This document shows positions 28,646 through 38,868 of a stretch of 63,202 nt of DNA, in pieces. The notes beneath the pieces are model-generated. The model was not told the origin of the DNA. It did not search any database and saw nothing but the letters and a program-made list of their open reading frames with translations. How positions within the stretch are numbered: position 1 is the stretch's first letter; every line of letters starts with the position of its first letter. The stretch comes from a virus (taxonomy: Duplodnaviria; Caudoviricetes), in the IMG/VR virus record IMGVR_UViG_3300010222_000004, positions 1-63,202 of that record; one strand, written 5' to 3'. The translations under genes were made by a program, and so were the position numbers.

Positions 28646-29161
28646 ATGACCGACGACATCTGTGGCGAACCGGCCGATGGCGGCGGTCTCTGCCAACTTG
28701 CGGCAGGATGGGGCCGTGATGAAGACGATGGTCCGTGCAAATACCACGCCGACACGCGACCGGTTCCGCCGAAGCTCACCGAACAACGCATCGCGAGTAT
28801 GGAGGCAGATCTTCTCAAAGGCCACTCGGTCCGTGCCGCGTGTGGAAGCAACGACATTTCAAGGGATACGCATTACCGCTGGCTTCGGCTAGCAAACGAG
28901 CTACCCGACGATGAGACATCCGAGCGGGCCGAGCTGCTATCTGACTATTCTGACAGGGTTACGCACGCGCGCGACGCTGGCGATCACTACCTGGAAAAGC
29001 ATATCGTCGACATTGCGATTGAGAACGGCGACGCCGCAACGTTACTTCGATACTTGCAGGAACGGCGGGGCGGGGAGGCAAGCCAAGAGTCCGAGGACAT
29101 GGGTCCACTTGCCCTCATCCCAAGCGACGAGCAGATCGCGGAGATGATTGCCAATGAGTAG
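28646..29161 (+). CDS. Terminase small subunit
   Basis: Directly upstream of TerL; Zn-knuckle plus HTH (GHSVRAAC...ISRDTHYRWL). Confidence 0.75.
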   Translation: MTDDICGEPADGGGLCQLAAGWGRDEDDGPCKYHADTRPVPPKLTEQRIASMEADLLKGHSVRAACGSNDISRDTHYRWLRLANELPDDETSERAELLSDYSDRVTHARDAGDHYLEKHIVDIAIENGDAATLLRYLQERRGGEASQESEDMGPLALIPSDEQIAEMIANE

Positions 29162-30353
29162 TGCGACTTCCCAGGCCGACGGGGCGCTCGCCCCGTACCA
29201 TGAGCAACTCCCGTTTCTTCGCTCGGACCGGCGATACTATGCGTTTGTGTCCGGCATCGGGGCCGGCAAGACGGTCGCCGGTATCTTGCGGATGCTTAAA
29301 AATGTCGACGAGTGGAACGCTGGCGAAACTGGCTTCGTTGTCGCTCCAACCGTCCCCTCGCTCCGGACGACGATTATCCCCGAGCTAGAAAAGTGGGGCA
29401 TCATCGATCGGTGTGAGTTCAACCGAACCGAAAAGCGGCTTGACTTCCCCAATGGTTCGACCGTCTTTCTAGACTCGGCCGATAACGACCGGAAGATCGA
29501 ACGGTTACGCGGCCCGTCGATCTCGTGGTTCTGGATCGATGAGGCGGCGACCGTCAACAAGCGGGCGTGGGACATTCTCATCGGCCGGCTTCGTGAGGGA
29601 CAATACCGGAATGCGTTCATCACCACGACGCCGAAGGGCAAGAACTGGGTGTACGACCGGTTTGTGGACGGCGATCCGGACGATGTCCGCGCCATAACGG
29701 GCGTCGCCTCGCACGAAAACGTCCACCTGCCCAATGACTATCAGTCGATTACGGACGAATACGGCGGGCGGTTCCACGATCAAGAAGTCAAGGGCCGCTT
29801 CGTTGCGTTTTCCGGCCTCGTCTACCCGTGGTTTGGCGAAGATCACCTCGTCGCCCCGGTCGACCCAACCGAAACGCGGTGGGACGAGACGATTTACGGC
29901 GTCGACTGGGGGCACAACAACCCGAGTGCGATCCTCGCGTGGATTCGCCAGGGTGAGACGTGGACGGCCGTCGAGGAGTACTACGAGACCCGCCGGACCG
30001 TCAACGACCACGCCCGCGCCCTCGCGGACATGCAGGAGCGCTGGGGGCCGGGGCGGGTCTACTGCGACCCTGCCGAGCCGGCGAACATCGAGCAGTTCCA
30101 GCGCGATGGCCTGAACGCCGTCGCTGCCGAGAACGATGTCACGCCGGGGATTCAGCACGTCTCGGCCCAACGCGACCGCCTCCGAGTCGCTGAGACGTGC
30201 CAGAACCTCCGCAATGAGTTTTCACAGTACCAATACAAGGACGACGACTCGGATACGCCCGACAAAGTCAACGACCATCTGATGGATAGTGTACGCTACG
30301 CGCTCTTTTCGCACGCGAATCGGGCGGGCGGCGGCTTCCTTATTTCCCAGTAA
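29154..30353 (+). CDS. terL: Terminase large subunit
   Basis: GIGAGKT, WIDEAA, TTTPKG, YGVDWG, DHLMDSVRY. Confidence 0.95.
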   Translation: MSSATSQADGALAPYHEQLPFLRSDRRYYAFVSGIGAGKTVAGILRMLKNVDEWNAGETGFVVAPTVPSLRTTIIPELEKWGIIDRCEFNRTEKRLDFPNGSTVFLDSADNDRKIERLRGPSISWFWIDEAATVNKRAWDILIGRLREGQYRNAFITTTPKGKNWVYDRFVDGDPDDVRAITGVASHENVHLPNDYQSITDEYGGRFHDQEVKGRFVAFSGLVYPWFGEDHLVAPVDPTETRWDETIYGVDWGHNNPSAILAWIRQGETWTAVEEYYETRRTVNDHARALADMQERWGPGRVYCDPAEPANIEQFQRDGLNAVAAENDVTPGIQHVSAQRDRLRVAETCQNLRNEFSQYQYKDDDSDTPDKVNDHLMDSVRYALFSHANRAGGGFLISQ

Positions 30354-30359
30354 CATCCC

Positions 30360-31880
30360 ATGAGTCTCCTCGACAGTCTCCTCCGTCGCACAGACGACGA
30401 CACCGAGCAACTCGCCCCGGACGACCCCAGCCCCCGCGGCGAGGACCGCGACGGCGGCTTTCTCGTCAGCCTCGTTAGTGGTGGCCGGTCCACCACCGGT
30501 GTCGACGCCATCGCCACGGACACGGCCCACCCGCCGGCCGGCATGAAGCGAGCCCACGAGGACTATTTCTATCACCCGCTGGTCACTGCCAGCTACAATC
30601 TCTTCGCCGAGACGGTCCTCGAGCCGGGCTACCGGATCACTGCTACCATCGACGGCGGGACTGACGAGGAGATGCAAGAGGCACTGCGCCTGTGGGCGAG
30701 CAACGCCGCGATTCACGCGGGGATGGTCAACCAAGACCTCGGCGTCATCCTCGAGGATGTCGTCACACTCCGGCCGAGCTACGGGACGCAGTTCATGGAG
30801 GTCGTTGGGACCGAGAGCGATCCACAGGCCGCTGCGGCGCTGATGCTCCACAATCCCGCGACGTTCAAGCAACTCCACCGCGAGGACCAAGCGATCCTCG
30901 TCCAGCCGGACGACGACGTCGCGCGCGACCATCCCACGACGCCCAGCGGCGAGGCGGCGGCCTATGTGCAGTATGCCGATTCGCTGTCGGGCTACCGAGA
31001 CCAGGACGCGATCCCGTTCGCACAGTCCGACCTCGTCAAGTTCGTCCACGACGCGCCGCCGGGGGCGCTGTGGGGGCGGGCCATCTACGAGTCAATCGGC
31101 GACCATATCGACAGCCTGCGCGAGAAGTTCAACGACCGGCATTTCGCCATCCGGCAGACGGGCTATCCCCACCGAATCTATTCCTCCGAGACATGGACGA
31201 AAGATGAGGCGAAAGACTACGCCGACGCGCACAAGAGCGGGGAGGAGGTCTCGGCGGGTCCGTACACCGATGAGGACTATCAGGAGAGTTTCGCCGGCCG
31301 CGTCGACTTCGTCCCCGAGAACGTCGAAGTCCAGACGGTCACGGGTGACGTGCCGGACATCTCGGACGCCATTCGGGACGACATTGAGCACATCTTCGCG
31401 GTCCTCCCGCTCGCCAAACTCAAAATCGCCTACGAGGAGGACATCAACCAGTTCGTCGCCGAGCCCCAGATGGAGAAGGACTCGCTGCTCATCGAGGACG
31501 AGCGGCAGTACCTCCGGCGCAAGTTCGAGCCGATCGTTGAGCGCAAGGCCAACGAACTGGCGGGCGGGGACTACGACGGCGAAATTCGCTTTGCCATCGA
31601 GGCCTCTCCGGAGACCAACCCGCTCCAGCGCGAGGACTTCCCCGCCGAGAACTTCTCGACGGCGGCGACGGCCATCAACGACCTGTATGCGGCGGGCGCA
31701 CCGCCGGAGTTGATCGCCATGCTCCTCTCGAACGCGGGCGTCGATCTCGAAGCAGCGCGCGAGGAGTTCGGCTTCACGCCCGACGACCTCGCCAGTCTCG
31801 ATGTCCCCGAGGACAGCGAGGCCGGCCAGGCGCAACGGGAGGCCATTGAGACTGCGCCTGACGTCGAGGACGCGGACTGA
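30360..31880 (+). CDS. Portal protein
   Basis: About 500 aa directly after TerL. Confidence 0.8.
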   Translation: MSLLDSLLRRTDDDTEQLAPDDPSPRGEDRDGGFLVSLVSGGRSTTGVDAIATDTAHPPAGMKRAHEDYFYHPLVTASYNLFAETVLEPGYRITATIDGGTDEEMQEALRLWASNAAIHAGMVNQDLGVILEDVVTLRPSYGTQFMEVVGTESDPQAAAALMLHNPATFKQLHREDQAILVQPDDDVARDHPTTPSGEAAAYVQYADSLSGYRDQDAIPFAQSDLVKFVHDAPPGALWGRAIYESIGDHIDSLREKFNDRHFAIRQTGYPHRIYSSETWTKDEAKDYADAHKSGEEVSAGPYTDEDYQESFAGRVDFVPENVEVQTVTGDVPDISDAIRDDIEHIFAVLPLAKLKIAYEEDINQFVAEPQMEKDSLLIEDERQYLRRKFEPIVERKANELAGGDYDGEIRFAIEASPETNPLQREDFPAENFSTAATAINDLYAAGAPPELIAMLLSNAGVDLEAAREEFGFTPDDLASLDVPEDSEAGQAQREAIETAPDVEDAD

Positions 31881-31895
31881 CTTCTCCCACGTTTC

Positions 31896-32789
31896 ATGCC
31901 GAAGTTCAAGGGCGGCCCGGCGGATATGGCGACCCGGCAACTCGAATACGCTCGGGCGCTGCGGGCGCCGTATATCGCCATCCGAGCGGAGCTGCGCCGC
32001 GGCATCGTCGACCGGGGCATCTTCGACGGCGTCGTCGGCGCACAGTCCGACGGCCCGTCGGGCGCGGTCTCCGAGCAACTCGCGCCCTCCTTCGACCCGG
32101 ATGACCTCACACCGGATGACTTCCGGTTCGACGACCCGGCCGGCGCCGACGAGCGGTTCATGGACTGGCTCCGGCGCCAGCAAACGCGGGGCGTCCTTGA
32201 GACGATCAGCCGGGGCGACAACATCTACATCCGGCGGGCGCTGTCGGATGGCGACCGCTTCGCGCTTGCCCGGCTCCGCGAGAACAACATCTCGGTCCAG
32301 GGCAACGCCCTCCCGGCAGAGGCCTTCCGGATCCGGACGGCCGGCTCGCAGGCCGCCTATGCCGCGATGGAGTTCAACCGGCCGCTGCCGGCGTCGACGG
32401 TGAAGCTCCTGTTCGATCGCAATTTCGACCAGCTCGAAAAAATCACGACCGACACGGCGGGGCAGATCAACCGCGTCCTCTCGGAGGGCCTCATTGCCGG
32501 GCAGAACCCCCGCGACATCGCCGCTGACATCGCCGACCGCATCGACGCGGTCAGCTACGATCGGGCGACGACAATGGCCCGGCACGAAATTCTCTACGCG
32601 CACAACGAGAGCGCGAAAGCACGCTACCGCCAGCAGGGCGTCGCCCGCGTGAAGGTCCTCGGGACGTCGCCCTGCGATATTTGCGACCCGTATGTCGGCA
32701 ACGAGTACCTACTCACCGATCTCCCGGAGGGCGGCCCTCCCTTCCATCCAAACTGTGTGGGATCGATAGCTCCAGCATTGGGGAGATAG
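31896..32789 (+). CDS. Minor head morphogenesis protein (Mu gpF / SPP1 gp7-like)
   Basis: RATTMARHE...CDIC...PPFHPNC. Confidence 0.88.
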   Translation: MPKFKGGPADMATRQLEYARALRAPYIAIRAELRRGIVDRGIFDGVVGAQSDGPSGAVSEQLAPSFDPDDLTPDDFRFDDPAGADERFMDWLRRQQTRGVLETISRGDNIYIRRALSDGDRFALARLRENNISVQGNALPAEAFRIRTAGSQAAYAAMEFNRPLPASTVKLLFDRNFDQLEKITTDTAGQINRVLSEGLIAGQNPRDIAADIADRIDAVSYDRATTMARHEILYAHNESAKARYRQQGVARVKVLGTSPCDICDPYVGNEYLLTDLPEGGPPFHPNCVGSIAPALGR

Positions 32790-32823
32790 AAGGCCTTATG
32801 GTTGTGTATGCACTATCTACCCT

Positions 32824-33639
32824 ATGCCTTCGGAAGCGGAGTTGGAGTTCATCAGGGAGAATCACTTCTGCCTCTCAAACGAAGAATTGGCCGAAGAGTT
32901 AGACGTGGCCCATAGCACAATCTCGCGCTGGAAACGCAGCCATCTTGACTTGCCCCGGGCTTGCGAAAAGAACCGCGTCGAATACGAATACGGCGATTCC
33001 ATTTGTGAGATTTTGGACAGGCTCCACAATGAGGAGTTAATGACCACGTATGAGATGGCCGACGAATTGGGCGTGGCCCGGAAGTCAATCGAACGGTGGT
33101 GGGAAGACTGCCCTGGTGTGAAAAAGCGAAGCCAGTCCGAGGCCACGGAATTGGCCTATAGTCAAATGTCCGAAGAGGAGCGCATGAAGCAAGTGAAGGC
33201 AGCGCATGAAACTCTCCGAGAGAATTATGCGAATGGGGAAGGCACGCTCCAAAAATGGCACCGAGATAACCCCGAACGGGCAAAGCAGCAGGCCCGCGAA
33301 GCCGCGGCGCTCGGTACTCCTGCCCGTGAGCAAAACGGGATGGAGGGCGTCACGGGCCAAGACCACCACGGCTGGACCGGCGGAAAGTCGCTGTATGACG
33401 CTCTCAAGAAACAGCTTCCGGGGCGGTCGTGGTACTCTATCCGGGAGACTGAGCGTGCCGATCAGTGCTACAAATGCGGATGTTCCGACGGCCGCTTGAG
33501 TATCCACCACATCGTCCCCGTAATGGCCGGTGGAACGAACGGGGAATACAACCGAATGACGCTTTGTGAGGAGTGTCACGGCGTTGTCGAGGCGTTCACT
33601 TGGGACGTCTTCGCTGACCCCGTCTACGACGTTTCGTAG
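32824..33639 (+). CDS. Free-standing HNH endonuclease with N-terminal HTH repeats
   Basis: CYKC...HHIVPVMAGGTNGEYNRMTLCEECH; more AT-rich than flanks. Confidence 0.88.
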   Translation: MPSEAELEFIRENHFCLSNEELAEELDVAHSTISRWKRSHLDLPRACEKNRVEYEYGDSICEILDRLHNEELMTTYEMADELGVARKSIERWWEDCPGVKKRSQSEATELAYSQMSEEERMKQVKAAHETLRENYANGEGTLQKWHRDNPERAKQQAREAAALGTPAREQNGMEGVTGQDHHGWTGGKSLYDALKKQLPGRSWYSIRETERADQCYKCGCSDGRLSIHHIVPVMAGGTNGEYNRMTLCEECHGVVEAFTWDVFADPVYDVS

Positions 33640-33642
33640 CGC

Positions 33643-33685
33643 TCCAAACTGTGTGGGGTCGCTAGCCCCAGTCGTTCCCTCCTAA
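33643..33685 (+). pseudogene. Orphan second copy of the minor-head gene 3' end (PNCVGSLAPVVPS*)
   Basis: 33643-33671 is 26/29 identical to 32747-32775. Confidence 0.85.
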
Positions 33686-33697
33686 CCCGAGATTACC

Positions 33698-34033
33698 ATG
33701 CCACCGATCATTGACATCGACACGACACTCGACGCCAGCGGCGGCAGCAACGACACCGTCACCCGGGCCTACCAGATCCACAACGACAGCGGGCTCTTGC
33801 ACGTCGTTCTGCGCGGCGCATCAACCAGCGCCGACGTGTACGTGGAAACCCGTGGCGCCGAGGACATGGACTGGGCCGACTACCTCAGCCCGACAACGGG
33901 CGCCGACCCGTCGTCGGAGTACGTGGACGTGACGGGGGTCGACCTCGCGGACGTCCCCGAACTCCGCCTCCGAATCGTCAATCAAGACGGCACGAACACG
34001 GCCGACGTCCGGGCCGTCGTGCGGATGGACTGA
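33698..34033 (+). CDS. Hypothetical head-module protein
   Basis: Acidic beta-rich ORF. Confidence 0.65.
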   Translation: MPPIIDIDTTLDASGGSNDTVTRAYQIHNDSGLLHVVLRGASTSADVYVETRGAEDMDWADYLSPTTGADPSSEYVDVTGVDLADVPELRLRIVNQDGTNTADVRAVVRMD

Positions 34034-34046
34034 CACAGGAACACTC

Positions 34047-35405
34047 ATGAATACATCTCTCTACGAGCAACTCTCGCATGGTGGGGCGGCCACCGTTGGC
34101 GCTGCTGCCGATACCCCGCCGACCGTCCGGATCGTCCCGATCGCCGAAGGCGAGATCACGGAAGGCCAGTCCGGCGAGCGGGCCGTGTTCGGCCAGGATG
34201 CCCTCCGGCAGGCGGCCGAGTCGGGCGCCCTCGACGGTGCGACCATCGTCAAAGGCGAGGGCGGAGAAAACCCACATTTCCCGATGGACGAGCAGGTTCC
34301 GCCGGAGCACGTCCTCGGCCGGGTCGACTCGTGGACGTACGAGGCGGGCGTCGGCCCCGTCGGCACGGCACAGCTCGCCGACGGGGAGATGGCCCGCCGG
34401 ATCGACCTGGACTTACTCGACGTGAGCGCCGATCTACTCCGGCGGCTGGGCGACTACGACGAAACTGCCGATGCCCGCCGGGTCGACGAGATCGTCGCCA
34501 TGCCCCGGATCACGGTGCTCGAGCAGGGCGCCGCGCCGGGCGCATCGATCGAGACGGCCGACGCGGAGGCGCTGGCCGCCTCCGATGCCGGGCAGTTCCT
34601 TCTTGCGGACAGCGCCGCCGACGGCGACGCCGACCAGCACAGTCCTTCTGACGAGGGGGCGGAATCCTCCGCAGACGACCGCGACACCGACACAACGGAC
34701 AACTCAACACACATGTCAGACGAGGACGACGTGACGAAGGCCGAACTCCGCGAGCAGCTCGCGGCAGCGAAGGCCGAACTCGAACAGACTGAACAGGAAC
34801 TCGAACAGACGGAGGAGAACCTCAAAGCCGAGCGCGAAGAGGCCGAAGCACTTGAGGAGGATCTTGAGGAGACTGAAGCGGAACTCGAGAAAACCGAAGC
34901 GGAACTTGAGGAGAAAGACGAGCAGGTAGACGGCTTCAATCAGGCCCTCGCCCACCGCCTCGCCGGGGATGACGACCGCTTCGACCCCGACGAACTGGCC
35001 GAGCGCTACTCCACCCAGGAACTCGCCGACAAGGTCGTTCAGAGTGAGGACCTCGCCGACGACGAGGAGCGCACGGCCGACGATTTCGACCCCGTTGCGG
35101 CCGTCCAAGATCACCTCGCCGCGTCGCCGGCCCACCGCGGTACGCCCACCGGCGAGCCCGGCGACGGTGGCGGCGGGAGTGCTGGCGGCCAGCCCACCGA
35201 GGAGCAACTCGCGGCCGCCAACGATTGGGCCTACGAGGCGCTCACCGGCGACGACATCGTGCAAGCCAGCGGCGAGGAGCAACTGTCGCCGCGCGAACTC
35301 GCCGCGGAGAAGACGGGCGTCGACCCGGCGACGTGTGACTCGCGCCAGGAGTTCCTCCGCAAGCTGAACAGCGACGCTGCCAGCGGCACGGGGGGTGAGG
35401 CCTGA
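34047..35405 (+). CDS. Prohead protease-scaffold protein
   Basis: Position before capsid genes; globular N-terminus then long acidic coiled coil. Confidence 0.75.
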   Translation: MNTSLYEQLSHGGAATVGAAADTPPTVRIVPIAEGEITEGQSGERAVFGQDALRQAAESGALDGATIVKGEGGENPHFPMDEQVPPEHVLGRVDSWTYEAGVGPVGTAQLADGEMARRIDLDLLDVSADLLRRLGDYDETADARRVDEIVAMPRITVLEQGAAPGASIETADAEALAASDAGQFLLADSAADGDADQHSPSDEGAESSADDRDTDTTDNSTHMSDEDDVTKAELREQLAAAKAELEQTEQELEQTEENLKAEREEAEALEEDLEETEAELEKTEAELEEKDEQVDGFNQALAHRLAGDDDRFDPDELAERYSTQELADKVVQSEDLADDEERTADDFDPVAAVQDHLAASPAHRGTPTGEPGDGGGGSAGGQPTEEQLAAANDWAYEALTGDDIVQASGEEQLSPRELAAEKTGVDPATCDSRQEFLRKLNSDAASGTGGEA

Positions 35406-35857
35406 TGCCGGTCGCACACCTCGAGCCGGGCGCTCGCGTCTCGGTCGAACTCGTGGCCGACTCGTCCGGGAACGTCGCCGCCGCCAACGACCTCGTCGAG
35501 ATTGCGGGCGAGACGGCGTCGTATCCGCAAGTCTCGGTCGTCGAAAACGCCGGCGCGGGCGTGGCCGTCCTCGAACGGCTCCCCGAGGACTACGACGAGA
35601 CCACGACCTACGGCGCCGGCGAGGTGGTCGGTGAGACAACCGTCCGCCTGCGCCACGGCGTCGACTGGGTGCCCGTCGACGGGGCCTACACGCCAACGGC
35701 GGGCGACCAAGTCGTCTCCGACGCGGGGGGCGACATCCGGGCGTACGATGCGGCCGGTGGCGACACGGCGGACATGCTCCTCGGCCGGGTCTGGCTGACC
35801 AACGCGGCCGGCACCGAGTACGTGTCCGGGATGGCGGCGGTCATCCGCCATCGCTGA
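35405..35857 (+). CDS. Capsid decoration/minor capsid protein
   Basis: 150 aa between scaffold and MCP. Confidence 0.65.
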   Translation: MPVAHLEPGARVSVELVADSSGNVAAANDLVEIAGETASYPQVSVVENAGAGVAVLERLPEDYDETTTYGAGEVVGETTVRLRHGVDWVPVDGAYTPTAGDQVVSDAGGDIRAYDAAGGDTADMLLGRVWLTNAAGTEYVSGMAAVIRHR

Positions 35858-35934
35858 CTCCCGGCGCGCCAGCGCCCTGGAGCGCGGTGTATCGCACGCT
35901 GACTAACCGATTCTAGATCACCAATCCACAACAG

Positions 35935-37059
35935 ATGCCAGAAGCAACCGTTCGAAACGCAGACCTCCTGAAGCCGGAAGTCATCCGCAACCAGATGGTC
36001 GATAAGGCCGACCAGATAGAGCGGATTGAGATGGGCGATGGCCAGCAGTACGCCAGCGCCATGTCGGAGTTCCCGCTGATCAACCTCGATAACCCGACTG
36101 AGCACTACTACACCTACGACGGCGCCACGGCGCGGATGCACCCGACGTCGTACGACGCCGAGTCGCCCACTGGGGAGATCGATCTGCCGTCCAAGGAGGA
36201 CATCACCATCCAGTCGTACAAGGAGAAATTCAACCCCCAGAAGGGCGTCGAAACGCATCTCTCGGGAATCTCCCCCGGCGCGTTCTCTAGAGCAGTCTCA
36301 AAGCTCCAACTGAAGATTTTCTTCACCCGCGAGCAGATCGCCTGGCGTGGCGACGAGGCCGTGGATGGCCTCATCGGCCAGTTCGGGGGGAGCGCCCACC
36401 CGGACATCGACAGCGATCACGTTATCGACGTCGCGACCGCCTGGTCGGATTCGGCCAACGCGACGCCGTACGACGACGTCACGAGTCTCGCCTTCGAGAT
36501 CGTCAACAACGGCTATCTCGGCGGCAACCAACAGGTCCTGCCCAACATCTACATGGGCGCGGAGACGCTGCGCGACCTCAAGCAGACCGACGACATGGAG
36601 GACCGCCTCCCGTCGACGAACTACCAGCAGGTCACCAGCGAGGCCCTCGCGAACCTCATCACCGAGAACGTCAACAACATCCTGCCGGTGATGGTGTACG
36701 CACCCCGCGAGGACGCCGACGGCAACTTCATCGACGCGAACGGCAACGAAGTTGACGACGCCGGCAACGCGGCCATGGACAACATCCTCGAACCATACGA
36801 CCCCAGTTCGGGGACCGTCCAGCGCAACGTCGTCATCGGGCGGCCGGGAGCGTCGTCGGCGTTCTTCCCGTGGTTCCTCGACCGACTGCAGGAGCGCGAG
36901 GGCGAGGTGCCCGGCGACATGTCGATCGACCCCAACAACGGCTTCTTCACGCAGGTGTGGAACAGCCCCGACCCGATCGCGACGTATCTCGCTGCGAAGC
37001 AGGAGGTGGGATTCACAATCCAGCGTGGCGAGAATTGGGCCCTGCTCCGCGGGGTCTGA
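35935..37059 (+). CDS. Major capsid protein (HK97 fold)
   Basis: 374 aa; position; WSDSANATPYDD motif. Confidence 0.85.
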   Translation: MPEATVRNADLLKPEVIRNQMVDKADQIERIEMGDGQQYASAMSEFPLINLDNPTEHYYTYDGATARMHPTSYDAESPTGEIDLPSKEDITIQSYKEKFNPQKGVETHLSGISPGAFSRAVSKLQLKIFFTREQIAWRGDEAVDGLIGQFGGSAHPDIDSDHVIDVATAWSDSANATPYDDVTSLAFEIVNNGYLGGNQQVLPNIYMGAETLRDLKQTDDMEDRLPSTNYQQVTSEALANLITENVNNILPVMVYAPREDADGNFIDANGNEVDDAGNAAMDNILEPYDPSSGTVQRNVVIGRPGASSAFFPWFLDRLQEREGEVPGDMSIDPNNGFFTQVWNSPDPIATYLAAKQEVGFTIQRGENWALLRGV

Positions 37060-37065
37060 GCGCCC

Positions 37066-37467
37066 ATGACCGAGCTTCGGTGGACGCGCGACACCGTCTT
37101 CGCCGACCACCGCCGTGGCGTCGTCGCCCGCGGCCCAGGCGTCTACGACGTGCCCGAGGCGGCCGTCGAGGAGTATCTCGGCCACCCTTGTGGCGGCTGG
37201 GAGCGCCCCGAGGATCCCGAGGACGAGGACGACGGCGACGATACCGACGCGAACGACACCGCCGTCAACGACGAAGCCGACACCGAGGACGAGCGAAGCG
37301 AGTTCGACGTCGACGCGTTCCTTGATCGGACACCGATGGAGGATGTCGTCGCCGACATCGCCGCCGGCGTGACCGATGGTCATCTCGACGCCGTCGCCGA
37401 GGCCGCCGAGCGTAAGGGCGTTCAGGAGGCGGTCAAGGACCGCCGCGCGGCGCTGTCAGAGGGCTAA
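37066..37467 (+). CDS. Hypothetical protein
   Basis: Acidic ORF after MCP. Confidence 0.65.
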   Translation: MTELRWTRDTVFADHRRGVVARGPGVYDVPEAAVEEYLGHPCGGWERPEDPEDEDDGDDTDANDTAVNDEADTEDERSEFDVDAFLDRTPMEDVVADIAAGVTDGHLDAVAEAAERKGVQEAVKDRRAALSEG

Positions 37468-37470
37468 CCA

Positions 37471-37854
37471 ATGCCGTTCCCGTACGTCACGCCAAAGGCG
37501 TTTCGCGACGAGTACGCTCCGGACGCGACTGACCTCGGGTTCGAATCGGATGCGGATTACAACGCATTGCTTGATCGGGTTCTCAAACAGGAGTCCGCTC
37601 GCGTTGAGAGCGACGAGTACGCCAACGCTGAGTGGCGCGACGCCCTGACGGTCCCGCCAGTCATCTACGAGGCGGTCGTCCGGCTTGCACGCGTCCGCAT
37701 CGATAGCCGGAGTGCTGACATCCTCTCCTCGGAGCGTGCCCCGGATGGTCGTCAAGAGAGTTACCGCCCACCGGCGGATATCCGAGCCGACGTCCGTGAG
37801 GAACTCCGCGCCGCCGGCTACGGCAGCGGCGACTTCTGGACCGTCACGCGCTAA
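37471..37854 (+). CDS. Head-tail adaptor protein
   Basis: YVTP...helical...VPPVIYEAVVRLA; position. Confidence 0.65.
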   Translation: MPFPYVTPKAFRDEYAPDATDLGFESDADYNALLDRVLKQESARVESDEYANAEWRDALTVPPVIYEAVVRLARVRIDSRSADILSSERAPDGRQESYRPPADIRADVREELRAAGYGSGDFWTVTR

Positions 37855-37869
37855 TCACCAGTCCAACAC

Positions 37870-38214
37870 ATGACATTCGAAACCACCTATCGAAAGTCGG
37901 GCGACATCCGCCCGCCATTAGAGGCAACGATCTCCCGGCCCGAAGACTCGGGGCCGGTGGACCTGACCAACGCGAGTTCGGTGTCGGTCTACGCCCGTGC
38001 CCCTGACGGGACGATGGAGATCACCGACGCGGCGGCGACGATCGACGACGCCGCCAACGGCGCGGTCTCCTACTCCGCGGGCTCGGGCGAACTCGCCGTC
38101 GCTGGCGAGTACCAAATCGAGTGGAAGGTGTACTGGGCCGGCGACGACACCGACTCCGAGCGGTTCCCGAAGAAGAACTACCAGAACGCGAAGGTCCAGA
38201 CCGAACTGAGCTAA
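37870..38214 (+). CDS. BppU-N-like protein
   Basis: KSGDIRPPLEATI...VDLTNA...DAANGAVSY...AGEYQIEWKV...FP. Confidence 0.7.
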   Translation: MTFETTYRKSGDIRPPLEATISRPEDSGPVDLTNASSVSVYARAPDGTMEITDAAATIDDAANGAVSYSAGSGELAVAGEYQIEWKVYWAGDDTDSERFPKKNYQNAKVQTELS

Positions 38215-38256
38215 CGCGTCCGTCATCAGCGCCGCCTCGCTCCCCTATTCCTCCGG

Positions 38257-38628
38257 ATGCTCCGCCGCCCCGACACTCACGAGTTGCGCGTCTATTCGCT
38301 CGACGAGAGCACACGCGAGTACCAGCTCACGGCGACGCTGTCGGTGCAGGCGTATCCGCCGGGGACGGAGTCGGCGACGGGGGCCCGCCAGACGATGGGC
38401 GGGCTCGCCGAAGACGCCGACATGGTCGCGGGGACGACCGACGCGGCCGCCGACGCGATCGCTGCTGGCCAGTCGGTCGTCTTGGCGCGCCGCGATGGGA
38501 GTGCTGCTCGCGCCTATCTCGTCGAGAGCGTAACGCCACTTACAGGCCGGTACGGCGGCGTGGATTACTGGGCGCTCGGCCTCGCCCGCGAAGAGGGCGC
38601 CGACCTATCGCTGTTCCCCACTCCCTGA
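38257..38628 (+). CDS. Head closure/neck protein candidate
   Basis: Position and size. Confidence 0.55.
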   Translation: MLRRPDTHELRVYSLDESTREYQLTATLSVQAYPPGTESATGARQTMGGLAEDADMVAGTTDAAADAIAAGQSVVLARRDGSAARAYLVESVTPLTGRYGGVDYWALGLAREEGADLSLFPTP

Positions 38629-38642
38629 GCCGTCCCACAATA

Positions 38643-38805
38643 ATGGATATCAACATCGACTGGAAGACGGGTAAGTCACCCCGAGCGTTCGCCGGCAAGA
38701 TGGCGGCGTTCAAGCGCCGCCTTGACGACGAACTTGAGGCAGCAATGCAGGACGCGGTCACGTGGGTCGAAGCCGACGCGAAAGAGCGCGCGTCGGTAGA
38801 GAACC
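38643..38805 (+). pseudogene. Truncated 5' copy of HK97 gp10-like gene
   Basis: MDINIDWKTGKSP...ELEAAMQDAVTWVEADAKERA parallels N-terminus of 39539-39931; 24-nt exact match. Confidence 0.85.
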
Positions 38806-38868
38806 CTTGCCTTGGCAACTGTCCAATGGTAACACAAGAACTAACCGTCCCGGTACCATGGCAAATCC

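Noticed and set aside
32790-33642. HNH inserts as inteins or introns
   Set aside because: Host ORFs terminate or restart with their own stop and start codons, no intein terminal residues are present, and duplicated gene ends make splicing unnecessary; not formally excluded without RT-PCR.
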